DNA from: a virus
Lineage: Duplodnaviria > Caudoviricetes
Virus record (IMG/VR): IMGVR_UViG_3300042268_000478
Span: 1 to 64,000 of that record
DNA length: 64,000 bases
Reading direction: 5' to 3' (one strand)
Part shown: one piece after another, positions 19,918 through 29,529 of the stretch
Layout: each line of letters starts with the position of its first letter
How positions within the stretch are numbered: position 1 is the first letter of the stretch
Position numbers and translations under genes: made by a program
Notes under the pieces: model-generated
Database searches by the model: none
Told to the model about the DNA's origin: nothing
What the model saw: the letters and a program-made list of their open reading frames with translations, nothing else

Positions 19918-20331
19918 ATGAACGCCAACGCAATCACCGCCGGGACAATCGCAATCGTGAAAGTCGGTCGCAATGAAGTAGAAGTCGAGGTGCTTGAAGC
20001 CATCGATGACTCGTACAAAGTCAAAAGCATCAGTACCAACCGGGAGTTCAAAGTTCGAAAAATCCTGCGCATCGTCAGCCAGCCGGAAGCAAAACAAAAG
20101 AAAACGTCATTGCTCGAAGCCGCCGCGCAGGTTCTCAAGGGAAGCGGACAACCACTCAACAGTAAAGAAATGGTAGCCAAAGCCATTGAGCTTGCGCTGT
20201 GGATTCCGACTGCCGCAAAGACTCCAGAGCAGAGTCTTTACAGCGCAATCTTCCGCGAGATGAAGTCAAAAGAGAACCCGCGCTTCCGCAAAAGCACAGA
20301 ACGCAAGGGCGCGTTTGAATACGTCGGTTAA
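19918..20331 (+). CDS. winged-helix protein (HARE-HTH/HB1-ASXL type)
   Basis: SLLEAAAQVL..PLNSKEMV..W...AKTPEQSLYSAIFRE; GGAGG SD. Confidence 0.8.
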   Translation: MNANAITAGTIAIVKVGRNEVEVEVLEAIDDSYKVKSISTNREFKVRKILRIVSQPEAKQKKTSLLEAAAQVLKGSGQPLNSKEMVAKAIELALWIPTAAKTPEQSLYSAIFREMKSKENPRFRKSTERKGAFEYVG

Positions 20332-20332
20332 A

Positions 20333-20929
20333 TCAGTGAGCAAACAGCAAACCGGGTAAGTCAGGCTGACTGCCGTCAAGAATAGAGGCGGCAGGTCTGC
20401 CTTTACCGCTGGTAAAATAGCCACGGACATATTTCCATTTCTCTTTGCCGGTGATTGATGAAACATCGCCGGGCAGGCTTCGCGGTTCAAAATGGCTCAA
20501 GACGCGGTTCTGTTCTTCGAGCATTCCTATTCTTGTCGCTGTTGCGACTTTGTCCGCAACCAATTTTTCAATAAGGTTGTCGCGTTGCTCATGGCTGATA
20601 TTCGGTGCGACATAGCCTCCGGTTTTACGAATTGACGGCAGGACTTCCGCGGTAATCCATTTAACAAATTTCTTTGCCTCGCGCTTCCGGCTACGCATAA
20701 TGAGCTTATATAAGCCGGATTCGTTAATTATTACTCGCATTGGGTTTCCCGGAGTACCGTCGGAAATACCGACGGTATTCTTCTCATCATTATCCAAGCT
20801 GGCAATGGCGTCCCGGTTATTTTTAATTCCGAGTACGTCACAAATATCCTTGGCGACAAACCACGGATTGCCATCCTGATGCATGATACGAACCATCTTA
20901 TCGTTAAAGACTCTTACGATTTTTTTCAT
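20333..20929 (-). CDS. BRO-N domain protein (antirepressor-like)
   Basis: PWFVAKDICDVLGI, INESGLYKLIMRSRKREAKKF..WIT.EVLPSIRKTGGY. Confidence 0.9.
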   Translation of the reverse strand: MKKIVRVFNDKMVRIMHQDGNPWFVAKDICDVLGIKNNRDAIASLDNDEKNTVGISDGTPGNPMRVIINESGLYKLIMRSRKREAKKFVKWITAEVLPSIRKTGGYVAPNISHEQRDNLIEKLVADKVATATRIGMLEEQNRVLSHFEPRSLPGDVSSITGKEKWKYVRGYFTSGKGRPAASILDGSQPDLPGLLFAH

Positions 20930-20951
20930 TTTACTGTTTCTCTTATTGAGG

Positions 20952-22178
20952 TTAATCTTGATTTATTGCAGGGGTGAGTTCCTGCCAGTTACAGCCTTCG
21001 CCGTGGACAAACTCAGCCCATCGGCGACGGATTACGTCGGCGTACTTCGGATCGAACTCCATCATGCGGCATTTGCGGTTGGTCTGTTCGCAGCCAATCA
21101 GCGTTGAGCCTGAACCGCCGAATAAGTCCAGTATGGTTTCACCGGGCTTGGAGGAATTGAACAGAGCTTTTTGCGCCAACGTGGTTGGTTTCTGCGTCGG
21201 ATGAACGTAATCACCGGAATGGTCGCGCTTGATGTCCCACACCGTGGTTTGGCAACGGTCGCCAAGCCATTGGCAGTTTTCATCTTCGCGGCAACCGTAA
21301 AAGACAGGTTCATGCGCCCAGTGGTAATCTGAATGTCCAAGGATCATGCCCTTGTTCCATATGATTTCCTGCTTGGGTTTCAGTCCGGCTTCACGAAGTG
21401 CAGTTTCAAACTGAATATGGTTTGAAGTGGCGAACCAAACATAAAATGCGCCTTTTTCTTTGAGATGCGCCTCAAGGTTTCTAAACGCCTCCAGCAGAAA
21501 ATCGGACAGCTTGTCGCCGCGCAAGTCGTCGTTTTCGATGATTTCCCATTCCCTGCCGTTGGGATTATTCGTGCCTTTGTAGCTCACGCCATACGGAGGG
21601 TCAGTGAACACCATATCAGCGTGTTTGCCGTCCATGAGCTTGGCAACGTCATCGGGATTGGTGGAGTCGCCACACATCATAACATGCTCGCCAAGCTGGT
21701 AAATCTCGCCGGACCTGCTGACGGATTCTTCCGGGACTTCCGGTATCGCATCCGGATCGGTTTCGCCGTCGGCTACGGTGTTTTCGCCATTGAGTAATGA
21801 ATCCAGCTCCGCAGCATTGAAGCCAAGCAGCGACAGATCGAAATCAGCCATCTGCAGATCGGCTAGTTCCAGCGGCAATAGGTCATAATCCCACTCGGCA
21901 ATCTCGCCGGTCTTGTTGTCGGCGATACGATAGGCTTGGATTTGCTCCGGCGTTAATCCAGTGGCGACATGTACAGGCACTGTGTCCAGCCCAAGCCTTT
22001 CGGCGGCTTTCAGCCGAGTGTGGCCACACACTATGACGTTATTCTCGTCTACCACGATTGGGGCTTGCCAGCCAAATTCCTTGATGGATTCGGCGACAGC
22101 TTCGACCGCGCCGTCATTGATGCGCGGGTTGCGTTCGTAAGGCTTTACGTCCGCGATTTTCATTTGTACGATTTCCAT
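20952..22178 (-). CDS. ParB-like nuclease domain fused to N4/N6 DNA methyltransferase
   Basis: PYERNPR..IKEFGW..PIVVD..GHTRL..ADNK (ParB); TDPPY, HPTQKP, DLFGGSGST (amino-MTase). Confidence 0.9.
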   Translation of the reverse strand: MEIVQMKIADVKPYERNPRINDGAVEAVAESIKEFGWQAPIVVDENNVIVCGHTRLKAAERLGLDTVPVHVATGLTPEQIQAYRIADNKTGEIAEWDYDLLPLELADLQMADFDLSLLGFNAAELDSLLNGENTVADGETDPDAIPEVPEESVSRSGEIYQLGEHVMMCGDSTNPDDVAKLMDGKHADMVFTDPPYGVSYKGTNNPNGREWEIIENDDLRGDKLSDFLLEAFRNLEAHLKEKGAFYVWFATSNHIQFETALREAGLKPKQEIIWNKGMILGHSDYHWAHEPVFYGCREDENCQWLGDRCQTTVWDIKRDHSGDYVHPTQKPTTLAQKALFNSSKPGETILDLFGGSGSTLIGCEQTNRKCRMMEFDPKYADVIRRRWAEFVHGEGCNWQELTPAINQD

Positions 22179-22888
22179 AGAATCAATCTCCTTGTTGAGG
22201 GTTAGTTAAGGTTAAAATCAGTTGAACCACAGGGCGCGAAACAGTGTGTTTTGTGGGCTTTTTCTTTTTATAGCAAGGTTGAAAAACAGCCGACAAAGCC
22301 CATGAAATTGCCGTTTACAGGCGTGCTGAAATATTTTTTTATCAGGTGCAAGCAAGTCTGCTTACTAGCCAGAGTCCTTCGCGCGCCCTCTAGAGCCTCA
22401 GCCATTGGGGGGAACCATTCGAGGGTAGCCTCCCTCGGCCTATGCCCGCCCTCATGTCCTCCGTGTGCGTTTGCACGCGCGCCACCGTTCACCGTGGCGA
22501 TTTATAGCACATTCACACTCAAAGGCGCAAGACGCGGTGAGCGCCCATTTCTGCGCGTTTTGGGGCGTTCGAGCAATCGGCAAAGATTTGCCTACCGCTG
22601 AGGATGCGCCGGGCGATGGCGATGATTATCTTATTTCTTTCATTTGCCGCCTATTATATACGCGTATGCGTTTTTCGTGTGTGCGTGACACCCTCGTGGA
22701 AAAAAGGAAAGAAGTAAGTAATAATAAATATAAATATATATATTTGTACTTAGTTTATACTACTTACAGCTTCTGGATTCTTTCCGGACTTTTGTCTTTC
22801 TTTCGCGTGATTCCTGAAAAAACACCTTTTTAGTTTTGCCATGATTTTTCGGGAAGGATGCAAAAGTGCGAAACAAGATTGGGAAAAA

Positions 22889-25252
22889 TCATTCCAGCAG
22901 TCGGTAATACACCGCCGGTCTACCCTTGCCGGTTTCCGTATAGCTATCCAGCGTACCGTTAGCCTGGAGGGTTTCGATTATACGTTTGAACATATCAAGC
23001 GGCTCTCTCATGCGCTTTAGCAACTTGCTATGCTGGATTGTACCTCCAGCCTGACGCAGATAGCGAACAATCTTCTGACATTTCTCATCGAACGCATTCT
23101 CGGCGACGTGGTTGTCGGCCATGAACAACGCTCGCTTGGTGAGATGCTCAACGAACAGCAATGCCCATTTGACGGATTTCTCCGTGATGACTGGCTCATA
23201 GATGTTTGAGCTGATGCCGTGCAGGAGCGCCAGCTTGCACACCTTTTCATGGGCGCGAGCCCACAGAGCCATTGCTCCAGCCTCGTTCTGCTTCTCAAAG
23301 ATGTGATATTGTTCATCGCAGTATGCCTGCACCTCCTTGATTTTCTTGGTTGCATCCGTGGTTTCAGTGATGATGAGCGGCTTGGGGTTCTCGTGTGAGA
23401 GGTTGCCAGCACCGAGGTCGAGATTGACCAGATACTTTACTGCCCGCATCAGCGAATCCGACGGGCTGATGGGCAGAGCCATCTTGCCAGTTCCGCGGCT
23501 TCCAGCTTCAATGATGATGCAACGTGCGGCCAGTCCATTTTCGAGGAGGCGTTTTGTCAGCGATTCGTAAAAGTAATCCGGTATCGCCGTACCCATGATG
23601 ACAAGATTCGGGTTGACGATGTGATTCACCTCAATCTGACTACCGTCGTTCTTGAGCTTGGCCAGCGCCTTTTTCCTGATTGGGTACAACGAGTTTGACG
23701 CACCGTAGAACTTGAGCAGCTTCTCGTTGATGGATTCCGCCTGGCCATCCTTGCTGTATTTCATTGTGTTGAAGATGCAGTCGAACTCGTCAGCCTGGAA
23801 TAGCATTGATGGATGCATGAACAAGGCGTCCTCCAGCCCGGCTCCAGAGGCGAAAGCATCGCCCACGCAGTTTGCCACACCAGCCTGATGAGCAAGGTTG
23901 AAATTAACCTTGCGTGGATGGTCTTTGCCTGTGCCGGATTTCGCCAACGCGATGAGGTAGAGGTTGCTGCGGTTATCGCGTTTGTCCTGGACTTTGCGTC
24001 CGACCAGGAATGCCAGGAACGCCAAAGCTCCAGTGAAAGCCAGTACACGGTTGGGGTATGGGGCAGTTTCCATGCACAGGTTTACAATCTCATTGACAAA
24101 GCCAGGCATTTTGAGTAGCTTTTTCGGCAGTTGCCCAGGATCGGGAAACATAATCTCACGCTTCTCCGGTCTAGCGACCTTATTCTGATTGAGAATGCCG
24201 TCAATATTTACTTCGGGAAATTCCTGCGGCACGTCATAGCAACCCGGCTCTTTGAGTTCACGTAGCTTGAACCAGTTGTTGCCGGAACATGAGTTATGAT
24301 GGCAGGTAAAGGCAATTGCGCCTGAGCCTTGCTCTATTAAAACTGCGGATTTGTTGCTGTGTGCCGGGTCAAATGGACATTTGTCGAATACCCATCGCCT
24401 GCCGTCTTTCCAAGGCTGTGGCTGGCCGAGTTCTGGACAATATTGCGTAATCCATTCGTCGATATTGAATGCGGATTGTGTGTTTCTGTCCGGGATATGG
24501 TCTGCATGGTGTGAGTCTGCGTGAGCTGGTGTGAGAAGACCACGAAGTTTATCCTCGGGAACAATCTCCAGCTTTTCAGGCACAGAAACGATGTTCGCCA
24601 TGCGATGCGGACGTGATTCAATGCTGTCGCCTTTGCAGTTCATTGTGCCGGGGATGCGCCAAATACGAGCAGGATTATGCACAGTAACATCAATATCCAC
24701 CTGCTCATCAGAAGCTCCGGCGATGGTTTGAAGAACGTTTTGCACAAGATTATCATCGTTTGACGGCAAATCGATCTTATACATGAGCTGAGCGCCATTG
24801 CCACTGTCGAGCATGAGCGGCTCTGGCCAGCCATAGCCTGACAATGCCTCCTGTATTTCCATTGCTTTGAGCTGAGCATCGTCATGTTCTTTGTCGGTAC
24901 TGGACACGCCACTCGGACGCTTTGCATCGAAATCCAACAGCAACCAGCGACGGCAAAGCACATCCGCATCGGCTGTGGTTGGTTCACGCCCAGCTGCACG
25001 CAAGCGATTGTTTGCCCGAGCAAGCAAAGCTGGATTGACCGGGTTCACAGTCGCGTAAACCCCACGATAACCGCGCAGTTTGCCAATGGCTTCGGCAGCA
25101 TCTTCGATATGCTCAAAATCAAAGTAGCCAGATTCAACATGTGGACGCATATAGTCCGCTGTCGTCGCATCCAGGACTCTGACTTCGAACACATCGCCAG
25201 GCTGAAACCATAGCTCCAAGGCTTTGATTATTTGTTGTTTATCTATTTCCAT
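22889..25252 (-). CDS. primase-like/zinc-finger/DUF3987-type helicase replication protein
   Basis: N-terminal LLDFD..SGNG..RIWRIPGT (AEP-like); CPF..H..CHHNSC zinc finger; P-loop AKSGTGKD. Confidence 0.75.
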   Translation of the reverse strand: MEIDKQQIIKALELWFQPGDVFEVRVLDATTADYMRPHVESGYFDFEHIEDAAEAIGKLRGYRGVYATVNPVNPALLARANNRLRAAGREPTTADADVLCRRWLLLDFDAKRPSGVSSTDKEHDDAQLKAMEIQEALSGYGWPEPLMLDSGNGAQLMYKIDLPSNDDNLVQNVLQTIAGASDEQVDIDVTVHNPARIWRIPGTMNCKGDSIESRPHRMANIVSVPEKLEIVPEDKLRGLLTPAHADSHHADHIPDRNTQSAFNIDEWITQYCPELGQPQPWKDGRRWVFDKCPFDPAHSNKSAVLIEQGSGAIAFTCHHNSCSGNNWFKLRELKEPGCYDVPQEFPEVNIDGILNQNKVARPEKREIMFPDPGQLPKKLLKMPGFVNEIVNLCMETAPYPNRVLAFTGALAFLAFLVGRKVQDKRDNRSNLYLIALAKSGTGKDHPRKVNFNLAHQAGVANCVGDAFASGAGLEDALFMHPSMLFQADEFDCIFNTMKYSKDGQAESINEKLLKFYGASNSLYPIRKKALAKLKNDGSQIEVNHIVNPNLVIMGTAIPDYFYESLTKRLLENGLAARCIIIEAGSRGTGKMALPISPSDSLMRAVKYLVNLDLGAGNLSHENPKPLIITETTDATKKIKEVQAYCDEQYHIFEKQNEAGAMALWARAHEKVCKLALLHGISSNIYEPVITEKSVKWALLFVEHLTKRALFMADNHVAENAFDEKCQKIVRYLRQAGGTIQHSKLLKRMREPLDMFKRIIETLQANGTLDSYTETGKGRPAVYYRLLE

Positions 25253-25265
25253 AAAGTTGCTTCAT

Positions 25266-25523
25266 TTATTGAGGTGGTTCGTTTTCCGCTTCCATGTTTT
25301 TCAAGAAGCGAATTGCTGTTGCTGCTGTGTGAACGGCTTCAGTTATCATGTATTGGGTTGAGCCTTTGTGTTCGTTATGGTTTAACGCCGCCTGTATGAG
25401 CTCTCCGGCTTCCTCGGCGCAGATGGCTGATGCGTGAATATGATTTTTCGGCCATACTGGATGGAGCTTTTCGGCTCGGTCGATTTCGGATAGAATCATT
25501 GCCAATGCGGTTTGAGTTTTCAT
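25266..25523 (-). CDS. MazG-like all-alpha NTP pyrophosphatase
   Basis: EEAGEL..A ... EAVHTAATAIR pattern. Confidence 0.55.
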   Translation of the reverse strand: MKTQTALAMILSEIDRAEKLHPVWPKNHIHASAICAEEAGELIQAALNHNEHKGSTQYMITEAVHTAATAIRFLKNMEAENEPPQ

Positions 25524-25819
25524 GTTAACAGTCCCTCCGGAGCGACTGGAAGCTCCAGCGTGAGTTGTGCTTGGGCTTCTGCTTTTGCTTGGTTAATGCG
25601 TTCGATGTATTTATCGCAGGCTTGGATAAATTTTTCGAAGCATTCATGATAGCTCTCTCCATGGGCGCAGGGCGACAATAGCAAGCTGTGGTTGGACAGG
25701 AACAGCACCGGCGGTTCATCATTACGTTGCTGGACGCTAATGCTCCATGTACCGTCTTTTGACTTCATCTCCTGCTCGATTTGCTTACTGGAAGTTTGCC
25801 AATTTATCTTCTTGGTCAT
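25520..25819 (-). CDS. hypothetical phage protein
   Basis: AAGGAG SD; coupled to the downstream gene. Confidence 0.6.
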   Translation of the reverse strand: MTKKINWQTSSKQIEQEMKSKDGTWSISVQQRNDEPPVLFLSNHSLLLSPCAHGESYHECFEKFIQACDKYIERINQAKAEAQAQLTLELPVAPEGLLT

Positions 25820-25832
25820 AGGGATAATCTCC

Positions 25833-25973
25833 TTAAAATGTTACGGTTGCAGTCAACGTTGCCGCCGCAAGCCAGTAGATGGTATGTTTGACGTCGCCGT
25901 GATAGCCGTAGACTATTGCCGCAGCGACGTCTAGTGTGATTAAAATTACCGGAAATATTTTTGTTATGGGCAT
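25833..25973 (-). CDS. small phage membrane protein (46 aa, below the ORF-track cutoff)
   Basis: MPITKIFPVILITLDVAAAIVYGYHGDVKHTIYWLAAATLTATVTF; fills the operon gap exactly. Confidence 0.6.
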   Translation of the reverse strand: MPITKIFPVILITLDVAAAIVYGYHGDVKHTIYWLAAATLTATVTF

Positions 25974-25976
25974 GGC

Positions 25977-26129
25977 TTAACTCACAAGTAAAATGGTAAA
26001 ATTCATTGTGAATACAGCAAGAATCAGGAAGAATATTGCTGTTTTGGAATCACCTTTTTCCAAAGAAATGAAAGCCACGGTTAAGTGCATCATTACCAAA
26101 CAAAATTGCATAAATGCGAAAAGAAACAT
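25977..26129 (-). CDS. small membrane protein (50 aa)
   Basis: AAGGAG SD before ATG 26129; two hydrophobic segments. Confidence 0.5.
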   Translation of the reverse strand: MFLFAFMQFCLVMMHLTVAFISLEKGDSKTAIFFLILAVFTMNFTILLVS

Positions 26130-26142
26130 AATTAAATTCTCC

Positions 26143-27879
26143 TTAAAAAGGTATTTCATCGTCGTCAAAATCATCATCGGGATAGTTTGGCGGTTGCCAA
26201 TCATCTTCCGACACATCGTTCCAGCCCGGCTCTGGGGTATATTCCGGGATATTGCCAAGTTCATAATCGGCTATGCGGTCGAATTTTTCTCCGGCAACCG
26301 ATTTAACTATGATTTTGCTTGCGGTTGCCAAAGCTCCATCATTTGCCATTGCTGCCGCATCCTGTGCCGAGTTCGGGAATGGAGCGTTTGAACGGAGTTT
26401 CCACCATTTCTCAAACTTGCGCCGGGCATAACCGGTATGTTCGGGGCAAACCCACTCGCTCTTGAACTCGTTGAAGCCAATTTGATAGTCAACGCGCATG
26501 GTTTTTGGGGTATCAAAATCAGCTCCACGTTTTTCATGAACGGCATACCATGTATCCTGAACATCATAAGGCGTAAAATCAACCTGACCTGAAATTACTC
26601 CGGCTGTGCTTGCCGTGTTTTGAACATTATTCCGCTCAGGTGGAGGGAATTGATATTCACACTCTGGGCAGGTTTGATATGCTGCATGAATCAACGCCAA
26701 ACACTCTGGACACTTCTTTGCCGGAGCTTCACCTTTGCCCGGCGTTTTGTCCTGAACAGTTATCATATCGACTGGACCATGACGCAGAATGTTTTCACCG
26801 TAGTCCAAAACTAAGCAGTCGTCCTTGCCGTCACACAACCTCGTGCCTCTGCCAATCATCTGCACCAGCAGTCCAGGGCTGTTAGTTGGTCGTAATAGCA
26901 CAACGCAATCGGTGTTTGGAGCGTCAAATCCGGTTGTCAGCACATTGACGTTTGCTAAAAATTTCAACGGCGGTTTGTCAGTGAAAAAATCCGCTTTGAC
27001 TGGTTCGCCTTTGAAGCGCGAGATAATCTCTGCTCGTTCAACCGCCGGAGTTGAACCAGTGACGATAGCGCATTCCTGATGACTCCATTGCTCTATCTTC
27101 GCCGCGACATGTTCACAATGCTCCACGCTTGAAGTAAAAATCAAGACGCTTTGCCGATCCTTTGCCAGTTCAACAATCTCACGGCAAGCGGAATTTACTA
27201 AATCATCATTGTCCATTGCCTCGGCAATTTCATTGTTGATAAACTCACCACCACGGATATGCAGGTTGTCCAACTTTGCCTGAACTCTGCCAGCTCTTGA
27301 AGTCAACGGCGACAAATATTCTTGCTGAATCATTTCCTTAAGCCCGGCTTCGTAGCAAACCTCATTGAGCAGGTTCTCAGGCTTGCAAATAAGCCCACCT
27401 TTCAAACGAAACGGTGTCGCGGTCAAGCCAATCAACCGGACATTCGGGTTGATGATTTTCATGTCATTGAGGAAAGTTCGGTACATCCCATCGCCGTCAG
27501 GCTGGATAAGATGTGCTTCGTCAATAACAATCAGATCGAATGCGCCAAGGTCGCAAGCCTTGTTGTAGACCGACTGGATGCCTGCGACAATTACATCGTG
27601 ATGAGTGTCGCGCGACTTCAATCCAGCCGAATAAACACCTACATCCAGCTTCGAGCAGAGGGTACGAATCTTGTCGGCGTTCTGCTCCAAAAGCTCTTTG
27701 ACGTGAGCCAAAATCAATACTCTGCCTGACCAAAGACTTACTGCGTCAGTAGCGATTTGAGCAAGCACGATACTTTTCCCGGTTCCGGTTGGGAGCACCA
27801 CGCATGGGTTGTCGGAGCGGCTTCGCAAATGTTCATAAACGGCATTGACAGCTTCTTGCTGATAAGGCCGTAGAATCAT
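26143..27879 (-). CDS. SF2 DEAH helicase (RadD/YejH-like)
   Basis: LRPYQ, PTGTGKS, DEAH, TATP, TTGFD, QMIGRGTR, CPEC..CPEC. Confidence 0.95.
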   Translation of the reverse strand: MILRPYQQEAVNAVYEHLRSRSDNPCVVLPTGTGKSIVLAQIATDAVSLWSGRVLILAHVKELLEQNADKIRTLCSKLDVGVYSAGLKSRDTHHDVIVAGIQSVYNKACDLGAFDLIVIDEAHLIQPDGDGMYRTFLNDMKIINPNVRLIGLTATPFRLKGGLICKPENLLNEVCYEAGLKEMIQQEYLSPLTSRAGRVQAKLDNLHIRGGEFINNEIAEAMDNDDLVNSACREIVELAKDRQSVLIFTSSVEHCEHVAAKIEQWSHQECAIVTGSTPAVERAEIISRFKGEPVKADFFTDKPPLKFLANVNVLTTGFDAPNTDCVVLLRPTNSPGLLVQMIGRGTRLCDGKDDCLVLDYGENILRHGPVDMITVQDKTPGKGEAPAKKCPECLALIHAAYQTCPECEYQFPPPERNNVQNTASTAGVISGQVDFTPYDVQDTWYAVHEKRGADFDTPKTMRVDYQIGFNEFKSEWVCPEHTGYARRKFEKWWKLRSNAPFPNSAQDAAAMANDGALATASKIIVKSVAGEKFDRIADYELGNIPEYTPEPGWNDVSEDDWQPPNYPDDDFDDDEIPF

Positions 27880-28094
27880 GCTGTGCCTCGGATTTCCAAA
27901 CCAGCGCCAAAGAGTACGCTTTTGATTTCATCTACGAACATTTCAAAGAGCATTTTGGGCATCGCTAAGTGCTCTCTGACTTCCTCAAGGCTCCAGCCTT
28001 TGAGCAATAATGAGCCGATTTTTCGTGCGTCGCGATCCTCAAGTTTCCTTAAGGCTTTGCGCACGATTCTGATTTTTTGATATCTGCATTGCAT
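27876..28094 (-). CDS. hypothetical protein, HTH-like
   Basis: Coupled to the helicase (ATGA overlap). Confidence 0.5.
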   Translation of the reverse strand: MQCRYQKIRIVRKALRKLEDRDARKIGSLLLKGWSLEEVREHLAMPKMLFEMFVDEIKSVLFGAGLEIRGTA

Positions 28095-28441
28095 AGTTTA
28101 TTTACCTTTACATAAGCCATCCCATTGGGAGGCAATGGTTCTCGTTTGACGACGGTCAGTTTGTGGATTAAACTGTCGTCTTCATATAATCCTCCGTGCG
28201 TGAAAGCATCCAGTAAACACTTGAGCGAATTATCCACATCGCGCCTCCGCCTGTCAGGCGGATACAGCTCAATGAGCAGTTCCACAGGTTCGGAAATGGT
28301 CTGAATATTTTCACTTCGCATCCGCGCCTGGATATTTTCCCGGTAACGTCGGCCGGGGCGGCTGATAAGCACACGCGAGCCGACGTGCCGGTAATAGTGA
28401 TTTACGCTTGGAGGCCAAGGGAGTTCGAACTCCCTTATCAT
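28049..28441 (-). CDS. rusA: RusA-family Holliday junction resolvase
   Basis: LPWPPSVNHYY, PPDRRRRDVDNSLKCLLDA, DDSLI. Confidence 0.9.
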   Translation of the reverse strand: MIREFELPWPPSVNHYYRHVGSRVLISRPGRRYRENIQARMRSENIQTISEPVELLIELYPPDRRRRDVDNSLKCLLDAFTHGGLYEDDSLIHKLTVVKREPLPPNGMAYVKVNKLCNADIKKSESCAKP

Positions 28442-28902
28442 TTTTTAGCCCAGGGCGGATTCGAATTGCCGGTCTCCTGTGGAGGTGGAGTGGTCTTTGT
28501 AGCAACCAATGCCTTGGCTTCATAGCCTTTCACATCGTTGGTAATCTCATCGGTCTGCGGATTTTTTCGGCAGCGGACAGTGATGACTAGCGGCAGATTA
28601 TGCAGTTCAACCGAATCGCGCGGTTGAATTACATTGACTGCTCGGCAAATCGCCGACAAATCAGCACGGGCAATCTGCACGGCGGTCGCGTTTGGGTTGT
28701 CAAGGTTCAGACGGCTCCAGGCTTTACGCCCTTTGTGTTCGCCGTCAATGACCTCAAACGTCAGTTCAAGATACTGACCATTACCGTTCTTGGTCGGTTT
28801 CATCTCCGAGTCAGTGATAACCACGTTATACTTGCCAGCCGGAAGCGGATCGATGCCTTTTGAAGGTTCGACTTCGTTTGCGTTGAAATTGAGAGTTGCC
28901 AT
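28438..28902 (-). CDS. DUF669 family ssDNA-binding protein
   Basis: PLPAGKY..ITDSEMK..G.YLELTFEVIDGEHKGRK..RLNL; C-terminal PPW. Confidence 0.85.
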   Translation of the reverse strand: MATLNFNANEVEPSKGIDPLPAGKYNVVITDSEMKPTKNGNGQYLELTFEVIDGEHKGRKAWSRLNLDNPNATAVQIARADLSAICRAVNVIQPRDSVELHNLPLVITVRCRKNPQTDEITNDVKGYEAKALVATKTTPPPQETGNSNPPWAKK

Positions 28903-28938
28903 AGTTAAAATCTCCTTTTTGAGTTGTTGATTGTGTGT

Positions 28939-29148
28939 TTACGCCGGGGCGCAGGCATTACTTAATGCCGGGAATATCGGGACGAATGTGGGAACACATG
29001 CTCCCTCGGGCGGACAGCGCAGATGCTCGAAATACACATGATTGGTTGCCGCGTCCGTGACCACTTTGCACTTTTCTCCAGCGGACATCGCCACACCGCA
29101 GAGGTCGCAAATGACCTTATGTTCCAGTTTTATTATCTTTGTTTCCAT
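28939..29148 (-). CDS. small zinc-finger protein
   Basis: CDLC...H..C motif. Confidence 0.5.
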   Translation of the reverse strand: METKIIKLEHKVICDLCGVAMSAGEKCKVVTDAATNHVYFEHLRCPPEGACVPTFVPIFPALSNACAPA

Positions 29149-29279
29149 GATTGCCTTTCAGTTTAAATGTTTTGCGTTCCTTAAATTCCTCTTTTTTTTC
29201 CGCGATTCCAGTTGCTGATTGGACGAAAATATCCTGTGACGCGACTGTATATCTCGGTGATTTTGCCACACTTAGCCAT
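29117..29279 (-). pseudogene. stand-alone NrdD C-terminal (glycyl-radical loop)-like peptide, frameshifted at an A8 run
   Basis: MAKCGKITEIYSRVTGYFRPISNWNRGKK; removing one A at 29192-29199 restores EEFKERKTF. Confidence 0.7.
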
Positions 29280-29529
29280 CGTTGATTGCCTCCTGTTTGC
29301 GCTTTTGCTGAACAGCTTTTGCCTGTCGGCAGTTTTCAAGAATCTCCTCAACGCCGCCACCTCCAGGGGCAAACGCCTTTTCCAATGCCGAGCCACCAAT
29401 GGCGTTTTTCGCCAGATCCATGTCAGCCGGGTCATCTATCTTGAAACTCGCCACTGGCTCTGGCATCGGCGGAGGTTTTGGGCTGGGGCAGTACAAACAC
29501 CCACGCCCGTAACAGTACCGACACGTCAT
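29272..29529 (-). CDS. hypothetical protein with N-terminal CxxC-CxxC
   Basis: MTCRYCYGRGCLYC; coupled to the AAA gene. Confidence 0.55.
   Translation of the reverse strand: MTCRYCYGRGCLYCPSPKPPPMPEPVASFKIDDPADMDLAKNAIGGSALEKAFAPGGGGVEEILENCRQAKAVQQKRKQEAINDG

Noticed and set aside
22251-22833. ORFs 22251..22601, 22268..22492 and 22465..22833
   Set aside because: Overlapping low-complexity frames without SD or motifs in a probable cis-acting region.
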